A stretch of DNA of 28,352 nucleotides, from the NCBI GenBank assembly GCA_035946515.1, contig DASYZF010000329.1:1-28352 (forward strand). The letters are read 5' to 3'. A model generated the notes under the pieces. That model saw only the letters and a program-made list of their open reading frames with translations, ran no database searches and was not told the origin of the DNA. Below are positions 16,301 through 25,072 of this stretch, one piece after another (the first letter of the stretch is position 1; each line of letters starts with the position of its first letter). Position numbers and translations under genes: made by a program. Source of the DNA: Gammaproteobacteria bacterium. Its GTDB lineage: Bacteria; Pseudomonadota; Gammaproteobacteria; Natronospirales; REEB76.

Positions 16301-19300
16301 GCAGGAGGCGGGTGCCGCCGCCGAGACCGCCTCGCAGCCCCCTGCAGCCACCCAGGAGCGGGCGTACTGCGTGAGGTAGGCGTTGCCCGGACCCTTGACG
16401 CGCGAAGCCTTGAGGTCGAGGCGCTCGATGCCGATCTTCACGTGCGCGCCGGCCACGGGCCTGCCGCTGCCGTCCACCGCCAGGTAGTCCACGGAGTTGG
16501 ACTGCCCCGCGGTCAGCACCCAGCCGTGCATGCGCAGGCCCACGAAGCGGTCGCGCCCCAGGTAGTCGGCACGGGTCACGGCAGCGATGTATTTGCCGCG
16601 TTCGTCGCGCACGTCGCCTTCCACCAGCAGCTTGCCGTAATACACGCCGGCATCCTGCAGTTCGAAGTCCGCCTTGAGGGTGCCGGTGGCGTCCACCGCG
16701 CCCGTGGTCTCGTTCACGGTCTGGTCGCTCTGGTTGCCCGTGGCGTCGTAGCTCGAGAAGGAGAAGCCCTGGGCCGCCGAGTCGCCGGAGCTGAAATCCT
16801 CCGCCTTCAGGGTCACGGTGATCCGGCCCTGGGCGTCGGTGTAGGGTCCGCCGGAATGCAGGCGCGCGCTGGTGGTCACCTCCACCTTGTCGCCGGGCTG
16901 GAAGCTCGCGCCGTTGAGCGAGGCATCCACGTGGAAGGGCGCGGGCGTGAAGTCGCTCACCAGCACCTTCATGGGCTGCAAGGTGCCGAAGGGTTTGCCC
17001 GTATCCTCATCTGCGGACGCGGGTTTGCCGGCGAGGTCGTCGGAAGCGATGTAGAAGCTGTACCAGCCCACCGGCGCGCTCTGGGGCACCGGGTACTGGC
17101 CGTCGTAGGCCCCGAACTCCGAGAGCTTCACCTTGTCCTGGGCGTAAACGACGTTGCCCATGGGGTCTTCGAGGGTGACCTTGTAGGTCGCGTCCGGCGG
17201 CGGCACCAGGGTGCGGTTGTCCTGGTCGCGCACGTAGATCTTGTACTGGATGGTGTCGCCGGCGCGGTAGATGCCCTCGGCGGTGGTGCCCCAGGCACGC
17301 ATGTGGCCGTACTTCTTGCGCAGCGCTTCCCACACCTGGTTATGAGAGGCGGCGTAGGTGTTCACCTCGAACTGGTAATCGAGAGGCAGGAGCGCCAGGT
17401 CGGCGCCGCGGCTGACCTTGACCATGAGCTCCCGCTGCCCCGGCTGACCGTAGTGGGGCTGCCGCAGCGTCATGTCCGGATCGAGGTCCCGGCCGCCGGG
17501 CAGCATGGCGATACCCGAGGCATCGGTGACGGCCGTGGCCGGGTTCTGCGGCGCCATCGCGATCAGATCGGACTCACCGGGATAGATGCTCACCTGGGCG
17601 CCGGCGACGGGCTGCCCGGTGGCGAAGTCCGCCACCCATACCAGGGTGTTGTAGTGGCCCACCTTCACCTGCACGTCGAAGGGGGTCACCTCGGCGAAGA
17701 AGTGATACGGCCGGTCCCTGTCGGAAGGCACCGGCATCAGGTTGCCGTCCACCACGCCGCTGTATCCGCCCAGCATGCCGCGCACGCCGACCGGCATGCC
17801 CACGGCGAGATCCTCCACGCCCGGCAGCTTGTAATCGAGGGTACCGTGTCCCGGCTGCGCGGCGGTGAGCGTGGTGTAGTTGGCGGACAGGCTCTTCAGG
17901 TTGGTCAGGTACATGGGCACTTCGCTGTCCACGCCCTTCTCCAGCACCGCCACGTCGTCTTCCAGGTTGAAACCGGGATTGCGGTGCTCGGTATGGAACC
18001 CGGCGCTGCCGCCGGACCGCAGCGGGCGGCCCCACACGTCCTTCATGCCGGGCGAGACCTGCACGCTGTAGTCGGCCGCGGCCTTCAGGGGCACGGCGAA
18101 GAACACCCGGAAGCTCTGGCTCTCGCGGCCCTGGGACATGCTCCATTCCTGGTCCGTGGGCACCTCGCCGATGGGGTCCACGGCCTTGCCGTTCACCCGG
18201 GCCTGCACATGGGCCTTGAGCTCGTCGGCATGCACCGGGGAGGTGAACACCAGGGACACGTAGCGCTGCGGATCGCAGGAGGGCTGGGACGCGTCTTTGA
18301 GCACGCCGTCCTCGTACGCGCCTTCGTAGTCGCCGCAGTTCACGCCCAGGAAGCTGAATTCACCGTAGGTATAGAACGCGAGCAGCTCCTTGCTGGCGTC
18401 GCTTTGCAGCGTACCGAGCGGTGTGGCGAGGCCGGCCTCCTGCTCGAGTTCCACTTGCTGCCCGCCGGGCAGAGCTTTCGCACCGGGCCGCACCGAGATG
18501 AGCCAGCGGTACCGGGCTGCCTCGCCCGCGGGGGGTGGCGGGGTGGAGGCCGCGGCCTGGGTGGCTGCCGCGGGCGCGCTCTCGGCGGCATCGGGAGCGT
18601 CGTCGCCCTCGCCACCCCCCTCGTCCTCGGAATAGGCGTGGACCTGCACCGGCTTGCCGGGTACGTGCACCGGGTCGCCGCCGCCGGCGGGCAGCACGTA
18701 GTAGTCCCGGCCGTCCTGCGGGTCGGCCATGGCGCTCACGGGCACGCGCCCCTCGGCGGTGTCGAAATAGAGATGGGCCTCGACGGAACTCTTGGTCACC
18801 GGCAGGTTGAACTCCACCTGCAGCACGGGCTGGACGGGGCCGCTCCACTCCACGAGATAGGCGTACTCGCCCGCCGGCACCTCGGTGGTGAAGGCGGCCT
18901 GCACGTCCTGGGCGAGGGCGCTGCCGTCCACCGCCTTGATGCCCGCGTGCACCGTCACCTGATAGGAGGTCGCGGGCGCGAGTCCGCCCTGCTCCACCTG
19001 GGAACCCAGGTGGTGCCGGCGCGGCCCCGGGCCGGGCAGTGCGCTGCGTTCGCCGAGCTCGCAGGTGAGGGTGGAGGTGTTGACCCAATGCCAGTTGCAG
19101 CCGAGCGCGGGGGTGATGTCCACCGGCACCTTGTCGAGCTTGGGCGGAACCGAACCCAGCACCACCATGGGACGGTCGAACTGCACCGTCACCTGGCGCT
19201 GATAGGACTGGGTGCTGCCGTCGGGCGTGATGCGCAGCACCTGCACCGGGCCCGTGGGCGTGGTGATGGCGGGCGTATCGGCGGCGGAAGCGCCGGCCAG

Positions 19301-19354
19301 GCAGATGAACAGGACGAACACGGCGGCACGCAGTGCGGATGACTGGCGAGACAT
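13337..19354 (-). CDS. Bacterial alpha-2-macroglobulin (about 2005 aa) with intact thioester motif
   Basis: YRAGDTIQYKIYVRD, DFTPAPFHV, VAVLDDSVFDL, PDNLTGWRVL, YPYECWEQ (CxEQ), VVVDDPVPGGLEP, AEEMYDP; paired with pbpC. Start set at ATG 19354 (signal peptide, GAAGGGGA upstream). Confidence 0.95.
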   Translation of the reverse strand: MSRQSSALRAAVFVLFICLAGASAADTPAITTPTGPVQVLRITPDGSTQSYQRQVTVQFDRPMVVLGSVPPKLDKVPVDITPALGCNWHWVNTSTLTCELGERSALPGPGPRRHHLGSQVEQGGLAPATSYQVTVHAGIKAVDGSALAQDVQAAFTTEVPAGEYAYLVEWSGPVQPVLQVEFNLPVTKSSVEAHLYFDTAEGRVPVSAMADPQDGRDYYVLPAGGGDPVHVPGKPVQVHAYSEDEGGGEGDDAPDAAESAPAAATQAAASTPPPPAGEAARYRWLISVRPGAKALPGGQQVELEQEAGLATPLGTLQSDASKELLAFYTYGEFSFLGVNCGDYEGAYEDGVLKDASQPSCDPQRYVSLVFTSPVHADELKAHVQARVNGKAVDPIGEVPTDQEWSMSQGRESQSFRVFFAVPLKAAADYSVQVSPGMKDVWGRPLRSGGSAGFHTEHRNPGFNLEDDVAVLEKGVDSEVPMYLTNLKSLSANYTTLTAAQPGHGTLDYKLPGVEDLAVGMPVGVRGMLGGYSGVVDGNLMPVPSDRDRPYHFFAEVTPFDVQVKVGHYNTLVWVADFATGQPVAGAQVSIYPGESDLIAMAPQNPATAVTDASGIAMLPGGRDLDPDMTLRQPHYGQPGQRELMVKVSRGADLALLPLDYQFEVNTYAASHNQVWEALRKKYGHMRAWGTTAEGIYRAGDTIQYKIYVRDQDNRTLVPPPDATYKVTLEDPMGNVVYAQDKVKLSEFGAYDGQYPVPQSAPVGWYSFYIASDDLAGKPASADEDTGKPFGTLQPMKVLVSDFTPAPFHVDASLNGASFQPGDKVEVTTSARLHSGGPYTDAQGRITVTLKAEDFSSGDSAAQGFSFSSYDATGNQSDQTVNETTGAVDATGTLKADFELQDAGVYYGKLLVEGDVRDERGKYIAAVTRADYLGRDRFVGLRMHGWVLTAGQSNSVDYLAVDGSGRPVAGAHVKIGIERLDLKASRVKGPGNAYLTQYARSWVAAGGCEAVSAAAPASCSFTPGQPGEYRIKASVIDTHGRVHQSSLPAWAAGKGEVVWEDHDDGALTLVAEKPGYHVGDIARYMVQNPYPGAKALISIERYGVLKSWVQTLEGSTPVISFPVEQDYLPGFYLSVTVMSPRVAKPLGPDQVDLGKPAFRSGYLQVQVVDDYKVLDVKVSTPKDSYKPRDSVTVSVSAKARHGQAGKVEFAVAVLDDSVFDLISDGKDYFDPYKGFYKLDGLDLMNYNLITRLVGRQAFEKKGATPGGDGGAALSLRSLFKFVSYWNPSLRADAKGDAKFSFTVPDNLTGWRVLVLAVDPGDRMGLGQGTFKVNRPTELRPVMPNQVVEGDKFTAGFSVMNRTDKPRDLKVHIGVKGQVEGAPVLDQVVHVDPYKRAELWLPVAATGPGSMDFTATAGDASDSDGLKQSVPVKPMTTMLNLAQYGTATAAAREPVQYPSGAVTGSVQLGVNLAPTVIGNLQGAFAYMSEYPYECWEQRLTKAVMAANFERLQVYLGKSAAWPGSRDIPAATLGDAAAFQAPSGGMVYWVADDRYVDPYLSAYTALAFNWLRAQGYAVPAAVEQRLHAYLQNFLKGEGAPDYYTLGMRSSVRAVALAALAADHEASLDDLRRFEPALKEMSLFGQSWFLQAALDLGGRDLASEDLKLILNHSNETGGKFEFSESLDDGYNRILSTPLRSNCTILSALSRYARSGQVDAGVIGEVPFKLVRSITQIRGGKDHWENTQENLFCMQALADYAQAYEQTAPQMHLAVQAGADQLGAADFRSVRDPAVTLSHALAPAAAPVTVDITPTGAGRYYYRVQLTYAPKELPGSVNDGIEIHREYSVQRGGRWLLLKSPMVVTRGELVRVDLYVSVPAAREFVVVDDPVPGGLEPVDRNLATSSTRDAEAGAFQAAGGAFWFNFDDWEDYGVQFWDFYHQELRHDSARFYSDYLPGGHYHLSYSAQAIASGVFAVQPPKAEEMYDPDVFGLDASAVLQVNDPAPPGGR

Positions 19355-19569
19355 GGATTCCCCTTCCCTTATATATGGTTCCCGCCCGGATGCCGGGCCG
19401 GTTCCGATGACCCCAATTCCGTGGAGGAAGCCTAGCAACTGGCCGACGGGGGGTCCAGGCATGGGGCCGTCACAGGGGGAGCCCGGAGGCGATGCGGTGA
19501 ACTAAGCACCTCAGCCAGGCGGTGACGGGGGCGGCAAGACCTGGACGGACGTGGACAGCCTCGTCTGTG

Positions 19570-22500
19570 TCACGCCGCGCGCGGCTTCCGGCCCTGCATG
19601 AGCCTGTAGAGCACGGGCATCACCACCAGCACCAGGGGCAGCTGCACCACGAGGCCGGCGATGATGGCGACGGCCAGGGGCTGCTGCATGGCCGCACCCT
19701 GGCCGATGTCCAGCGCCAGGGGCAGGAGCGCCAGCACGGTGGTGAGCGTGGTGAGGGCGATGGGACGCATGCGGTTGATGCCCGCCTCCACCAGGACCGC
19801 GTCCAGATCCTCCCGGTGCTCCAGTTCCGTGAACTCCGAGAAGTAGAAGATCGCCACCTCGGTGACGATGCCGATGATCATGGTGAGCCCCATCATGGAG
19901 GTGATGTTGAGCTCGATGCCCGTGAGCCAGAGCCCCAGGAACACGGCCGCGATGGCCAGGAGCGGCGCGCACATGATGGCGAACACCACCCGGAAGCTCT
20001 CGTAGAGGAACAGGAGCAGCACGAACACCAGGGCCACCGCCCCGGCGAACACCGCCATGAGGCCGCGGAACGCGATCTGCTGCTGCTGGTAGAGGCCGCC
20101 GAGCTCCACGTCCACCGCGGAGGGCACGAGCCCGGGCGTGGCCAGCACCTTCTTGATGTCGGCGATGGTGGAACCCAAGTCGCGGCCGGTGATGCGCGCG
20201 GTCACCGACACCATGCGTTTCAGGTCCTCCCGGTCTATCTCCGGTTGACCGGTGACGGGGGTGACGGTGGCGATGCGCCCCAGGGGGAACACCCGGCCGT
20301 CGGCGGCGCGTATCGGCAACTGTGACAGCTGGTCGGTGCGCGCCCGCAGGGCCTGGGGCGCCCACACCCGCACCCCCACGAACTTGAGGTTCTGGGGCAC
20401 CTGGGCCGCCACCATGCCTTCCACATAGCCGTCCAGCTGCTGGGTGACCGCGGCGGGGTCCACGCCGGCCAGCGCCGCCTTGCGGGGGTCCACCTCCACG
20501 TCGAGCGCGTCGCCCGCCAGCACCACGCCGTCGAATACGTCCACCACCCCCGGCACCTTGCCGATGGCGTCAGCGACCCGCGGTGCCGTGCTGTTGAGGA
20601 GCGCGTCGTCCTCGGCGTAGAGCTTCACTTCCACCGGCTGGGGCGTGGCAGTGAGGTCGCCGATCATGTCCTCCATGAGTTGGGAGAGGTCGATGCCGAG
20701 CCCCGGCACCTGCTGCTGGATGGCGGTGCGCACCTGTTCCATCACGGTCTCGATGTCCGGGCGCGGGAAGGGCTTCAGGCGCACGAAGAAGTCGCCGGAG
20801 TTGGTCTCGGTGACGCCGCCGCCCAGCTGTGCGCCGGTGCGCCGCGAGTAGCTCGCCACGTTGGGGTTGGCGCGCAGCACGCCCTCCACCTGGCGCAAGA
20901 GCCGGTCGGTCTCGGTGAGGGAAGTGCCCGGGGGCGCGATGTAGTCCAGGGTGAAACCGCCCTCGTCCATGCGCGGCATGAAGCCCGAGCCCACTTCCCG
21001 CCAGCCGACGAGGCCGAGCACGGCGAGGGGAATCAGGCCCGCCAGGAGCCACATGGGACGCTTCAACAGCTTCGGCATGAGCCGTTGGTAGAAGGCGTGG
21101 GCGCGGCTCGCCAGCCAGCCGAAGCGCTCCGGCCGCTGGTCTGATTCCTTGAGCAGTCCGTCCGCCAGGAGCGGCACCACCAGCCAGGAGAGCAGGAAGG
21201 ACAGGATGAGCGTCACCGCCATGGTGAGCGAGAGGGTGCGGAAGAAGGCCCCGGTGAGCCCTCCGAGGAAGGCCAGGGGCACGAAGATGACGATGGTGGA
21301 GGCGGAGGAGCCCAGCAGGGGCCGGGTGAACTCGGCGGCGGCGGCGAGCACGCGGCCCTGCACCGGGCCCGGCTCCCGGAAGCGGCGCACGATGTGCTCG
21401 CTCATGACCACCGCATCGTCGATGACGAGGCCCACGGCGGCGGCGATGCCGCCCAGGCTCATGATGTTGAAACTCATGCCGAGCAGATACATGACGAGCA
21501 CCGAGGTGGCGAGCGCCATGGGCACCACGATGGCGGCGATGAGGGTGATCTTGCGGTCCCCCAGGAAGAAGAACAGCACCGCTGCCGCCAACAGCACGCC
21601 GATGAGGATGGCGTCGCGCACGCTCGCGGCGGAGGACACGATGAGGCCGCCCTGGTCGTACCACTTGGCCACGTGCACGTCCGCCGGGAGCCTGGCGGAG
21701 TAAGCGGCGAGCGCCGCTTCTATATCCTTGTTGATCTGGACCGTGTTGCCGCTCGGCTGCTGGAACACGTTGATGAGCACCGCATCGTGGCCGTCGGCGG
21801 TGACGCGTATCCACTGGGGCACGGTGGACATTTCCACCCGGCCCAGGTCACCCACCGTCACCTGCTGGCCGCCTGGCAGGCTCCTCACCACCGTGTGGCG
21901 CACGGCATCGAGGGTGGCGAGACGGGTGTCCGCCACCACGAGGTAGAGCTTGTAGTGATCCTCCAGGTGGCCCGCGGCTTGGAGCACGTTGCCCGCTGAC
22001 ACGGCGGCGCTCACGTCCGCCACCGAGAGGTGGAAAGCGCGCAGCTTCGCCGGGTCCACGTCCACGTGGTATTCCGCCTGCTCGCCGCCCTGCACTTCGG
22101 CGCGGGCCACACCGGAGACCCGGGACATGAGCGGCGCCAGCTGGAACTGGGCGAGGTCGCGCAGCTGCACCAGGCTCTTGCTGCCGGAGGTGAGACTATA
22201 GGCCAGCACCGGGAAGGAATAGGGATCGCGGCGCACCACCGTGAACTGCGTGTCCGGCGGCAACGAGGGCAAGAGCAGGCTGATCTTGGATTCCACCTGC
22301 AGCATGGACTGGATCATGTCCATGTTCCAGTCGAAGAGCACTGAGACCTCGGCGCTGCCGCGGCTGGTGATGGAGCGCACGGTGTGCACGCCCGGGATGT
22401 CGCGCACCGCCTGCTCCACCGGACGCGTCACCAGGAGCTCCATCTGCTGGGCCGGCCGGTCGCCGGCGTCCAGCTCCACCACGATGCGCGGGAACTGCAC

Positions 22501-22617
22501 GTTGGGGAAGAGCGCCACGGGCAAAAGGAACGCGGTCACGATGCCGCTCATCGCGAGTATCGCGGCGAGGAAGACGATGGAACGGCGGTGACGCTGGAAG
22601 AAAGGGCTTGCCGTCAC
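19570..22617 (-). CDS. RND efflux permease (AcrB/CusA-CzcA superfamily)
   Basis: 1015 aa, ALFPNVQFPRI, TM4 GLVIDDAVVMSE, FMPRMDEGGF, RMRPIALTT, GAAMQQPLA. Confidence 0.94.
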   Translation of the reverse strand: MTASPFFQRHRRSIVFLAAILAMSGIVTAFLLPVALFPNVQFPRIVVELDAGDRPAQQMELLVTRPVEQAVRDIPGVHTVRSITSRGSAEVSVLFDWNMDMIQSMLQVESKISLLLPSLPPDTQFTVVRRDPYSFPVLAYSLTSGSKSLVQLRDLAQFQLAPLMSRVSGVARAEVQGGEQAEYHVDVDPAKLRAFHLSVADVSAAVSAGNVLQAAGHLEDHYKLYLVVADTRLATLDAVRHTVVRSLPGGQQVTVGDLGRVEMSTVPQWIRVTADGHDAVLINVFQQPSGNTVQINKDIEAALAAYSARLPADVHVAKWYDQGGLIVSSAASVRDAILIGVLLAAAVLFFFLGDRKITLIAAIVVPMALATSVLVMYLLGMSFNIMSLGGIAAAVGLVIDDAVVMSEHIVRRFREPGPVQGRVLAAAAEFTRPLLGSSASTIVIFVPLAFLGGLTGAFFRTLSLTMAVTLILSFLLSWLVVPLLADGLLKESDQRPERFGWLASRAHAFYQRLMPKLLKRPMWLLAGLIPLAVLGLVGWREVGSGFMPRMDEGGFTLDYIAPPGTSLTETDRLLRQVEGVLRANPNVASYSRRTGAQLGGGVTETNSGDFFVRLKPFPRPDIETVMEQVRTAIQQQVPGLGIDLSQLMEDMIGDLTATPQPVEVKLYAEDDALLNSTAPRVADAIGKVPGVVDVFDGVVLAGDALDVEVDPRKAALAGVDPAAVTQQLDGYVEGMVAAQVPQNLKFVGVRVWAPQALRARTDQLSQLPIRAADGRVFPLGRIATVTPVTGQPEIDREDLKRMVSVTARITGRDLGSTIADIKKVLATPGLVPSAVDVELGGLYQQQQIAFRGLMAVFAGAVALVFVLLLFLYESFRVVFAIMCAPLLAIAAVFLGLWLTGIELNITSMMGLTMIIGIVTEVAIFYFSEFTELEHREDLDAVLVEAGINRMRPIALTTLTTVLALLPLALDIGQGAAMQQPLAVAIIAGLVVQLPLVLVVMPVLYRLMQGRKPRAA

Positions 22618-23531
22618 TCTTTCGGCTCCCGCACCGCCATGCCGTCCGAGAGCTCGTAGTTGCCGAGGGTCACCACCTCATCGCCGGCGTCAAGACCCTT
22701 CTCCACCGCCACCCAGGTGCCGTCGTCGGTACCCGCCTGGATGTCCACCCGGTGGGCGACGCCGGCCTTCACCACGAAGAGATAGTCTCCCTGCTCGTCG
22801 TGCAGCACCGCGGAACGCGGCACCGCGAGCACATGGGACTCCTCAAGCACCACGGCGCCGTTGACAGCGGCGCCAGGCATGAAGCGGGCCGCCTCCTTGC
22901 CGGTGAGCGGCGCAGTCAAGTCCACGAGGCCGGTAGCCTCGTCCACCTGCCCGCCCACCTGGTCGAGGCGCGCCTGGGCCGTAAGCCTGGGGTCGAACAC
23001 CGCCGTGATCCGCACGGCCATGCCGGGCTTCAACTTGCCCGCGTCTTCCGGGTCCACGCCCAGGAGCACGTAACGGGTGTTGGCGCCGTGGGCGGCGATG
23101 CGGTCATCCGGGGCACGCGCCGCGGACTCAGCCGCGCCGCCGGCGAGTCGTTCCTGGGCCGAGAGGGTCGCGGCAGCCTCGGCCGCCGCGCGCTCCGCAT
23201 CCGCGAGCTGGATGTTGGTGGCGAGGTGTTCCTTGAAGAGCGCCCGGGTGCGTGTGAGGGCGGTGCGGGCGAAATCTGCCTCGGCCTTCGCCCGGGCGTA
23301 GGCGGCCGCCGTCTCGGGCGCGGCGGTAAGGCTCAACAGCGGCCCGGCGCTGATGCTGCCGTAAGCCGGGAGCGTGAGGGCCACGTCGTGCTCCGCTGCC
23401 GCGACGGTCTGCACCAGGGCGCTCGCGGGTCCGGCATCGGCCGGCTGGTCGTCCTCATCGGCCCGGGCCATGAGGACCGCGACCGAGAAGCTCAGGATCG
23501 CGAGCGGGAGTATCCACAGGATGCGTCTCAT
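22614..23531 (-). CDS. RND periplasmic adaptor (MFP), apparently lacking the lipoyl domain
   Basis: N-terminal anchor, alpha-hairpin, beta-barrel (LKPGMAV), AVPRSAV and GLDAGDEVVTLG membrane-proximal motifs; 4-nt overlaps with both neighbours. Confidence 0.88.
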   Translation of the reverse strand: MRRILWILPLAILSFSVAVLMARADEDDQPADAGPASALVQTVAAAEHDVALTLPAYGSISAGPLLSLTAAPETAAAYARAKAEADFARTALTRTRALFKEHLATNIQLADAERAAAEAAATLSAQERLAGGAAESAARAPDDRIAAHGANTRYVLLGVDPEDAGKLKPGMAVRITAVFDPRLTAQARLDQVGGQVDEATGLVDLTAPLTGKEAARFMPGAAVNGAVVLEESHVLAVPRSAVLHDEQGDYLFVVKAGVAHRVDIQAGTDDGTWVAVEKGLDAGDEVVTLGNYELSDGMAVREPKE

Positions 23532-24943
23532 GGCTGGCTCTCATCTATAGGGTGTTGCAGGTCCTCGGGCGGCAGGCCGAGGAGCGTCGCGAGGGCGAGA
23601 TGCAGCTGCTGCGCCTGGGTCTCGAGGTCCAGGCCCTCGAGGCGGCGGTTCAGGCTGGCGATGCTGAGGTCGTAATAGGCCGGCGCCGTGAGGTCGCCTC
23701 GGGCATAGGCGGCCTCGGCGGACTTGGCCATGGCTTCGGCGTCTTCGCTGCCCGCCTTCAAAGTGGCGAGCTCGGATTGCAGGAGGTCGAGATCTGCGGC
23801 GCTCTGGCGCACCTCCGCCTGGGTCTCGTCCAGGCGCTGCTGGTAGGCCTGCCAGAGGGCGTCGCGACCCGCCTCGGCGGCATGCACCTGCTTCGCGCCG
23901 CCGAAGATGAAGGGGAAGCTCAAGGAGACGCTGAAGCCCACGGTGTGCACGTCGCTGGTGTCGTTGGCGCGGTTGATGCCGACGCCGATGGACGGGAACT
24001 GGGCGAGCACGGCACGGCGCACCTCCTCGTCCTGGGCCTCATAACCGTACCGCAGCGCCACGAGGTCGGGCCGGCGCTCGGGTAGTTCCTTCAGGGCCGC
24101 ACCCACACTGGCGGCCGGAATGTCCTCGAGGGGGTCCGGCGGCAGGAGCGTGAGCGGCGTGCCCGGCGCGAGGCCCAGCAACTCCACGAGTGCGGCACAG
24201 TCGTCGTTCTCCTGTCGCGCCAGGCCATCGGCGCGGGTCTGCACGTCCTGCAGCGCGGCAAGTCCGGTGCTCAGGTCGTCGAAGGCCGCGTCGCCGGACT
24301 TGAGCGCGGCCTGCTCGGCCGCATAGCGCTGCTGCATGGTCTGCTTCAGGTCCCCCAGGAGCCTCGATTCGGCGCGGTCGGTGCCGCACTGCAGGAACAG
24401 CGCGCGGGCCTGCTGCGCCACCTGCCACTCCACCCAGAGGAGATCCAGATCCGCCTGCCCCGCCTGGGCTTCCGCCGCCGCCTGCTCGGCACCGCTGGTG
24501 AAGAGCGCGCCCAGGTCGTAGCCGAGCCCCAGGCTCTTGCCGACGACGAGGCCCGGCGGATTGCTCCCCGTGGGCCGGTCGCGGCTCGCGGAAAGCGACG
24601 GCCCGGGCAGGAGGCCGGCAGCGAAGGACTGCACCCGCGCTGCACGGGCCTCGCTGCGGGCGGTGCGCAGGGCCGGATCGTTCACCACCGCGAGGATGGC
24701 GACGTCGGTCATGTCGAGACCCTTGGAGACATCGTAGGCATGGGGCTTGAGGTCCGGCAGGTGCAGGGACTTCACCTCCACCTCAACGTCCGCGGGCCGC
24801 GCCGCCTGGTCCGGCTTCTGCGGCAGCGGGCGCGCGCCATAGGCGGCGCAACCGGCCAGGAGCACGGCGAAGGGCAAGGCGGCGAGCCTCATGAAGCGGA
24901 TTCTCGTCATGGGATGGTGGACCCGGTCGTCCCGGCGGGACAC
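23528..24943 (-). CDS. TolC-family outer-membrane efflux lipoprotein
   Basis: Lipobox LLAG-C, two OEP repeats (RRPDL...AQFPSIGVG). Start uncertain: GTG 24943, or ATG 24910 or 24892. Confidence 0.9.
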   Translation of the reverse strand: MSRRDDRVHHPMTRIRFMRLAALPFAVLLAGCAAYGARPLPQKPDQAARPADVEVEVKSLHLPDLKPHAYDVSKGLDMTDVAILAVVNDPALRTARSEARAARVQSFAAGLLPGPSLSASRDRPTGSNPPGLVVGKSLGLGYDLGALFTSGAEQAAAEAQAGQADLDLLWVEWQVAQQARALFLQCGTDRAESRLLGDLKQTMQQRYAAEQAALKSGDAAFDDLSTGLAALQDVQTRADGLARQENDDCAALVELLGLAPGTPLTLLPPDPLEDIPAASVGAALKELPERRPDLVALRYGYEAQDEEVRRAVLAQFPSIGVGINRANDTSDVHTVGFSVSLSFPFIFGGAKQVHAAEAGRDALWQAYQQRLDETQAEVRQSAADLDLLQSELATLKAGSEDAEAMAKSAEAAYARGDLTAPAYYDLSIASLNRRLEGLDLETQAQQLHLALATLLGLPPEDLQHPIDESQP

Positions 24944-24989
24944 AGGGAAATTCTAAGTTTCGGGCGCCTCGCGCCGCGCGACCCGGGCC

Positions 24990-25028
24990 ATTAAATATCC
25001 TTAATCCGCCACCTTAACTTTCCTTAAT
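24990..25028. promoter_or_regulatory. TTAA-core direct repeats, candidate binding sites for the adjacent OmpR-family regulator
   Basis: ATTAAA (24990), CTTAAT (25000), CTTAAC (25013), CTTAAT (25023): two pairs with 10-bp period in an AT-rich patch between the divergent operons. Confidence 0.55.
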
Positions 25029-25072
25029 CTTCGGCGCTGGAGCAGGCGGGACGGGCGGTTTATGCTCTCGCC

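Noticed and set aside
18520-18640. Acidic Ala/Pro low-complexity stretch in A2M
   Set aside because: An ordinary flexible linker with no repeat unit or frameshift signal.
14495-19342. 1615-aa plus-strand ORF, and similar long antisense ORFs (851-1903, 2499-3752, 4613-6118, 11368-13599, 25485-27239)
   Set aside because: They mirror real genes on the opposite strand, as expected from GC-rich codon bias that suppresses antisense stops, and show no recognisable motifs or RBS.
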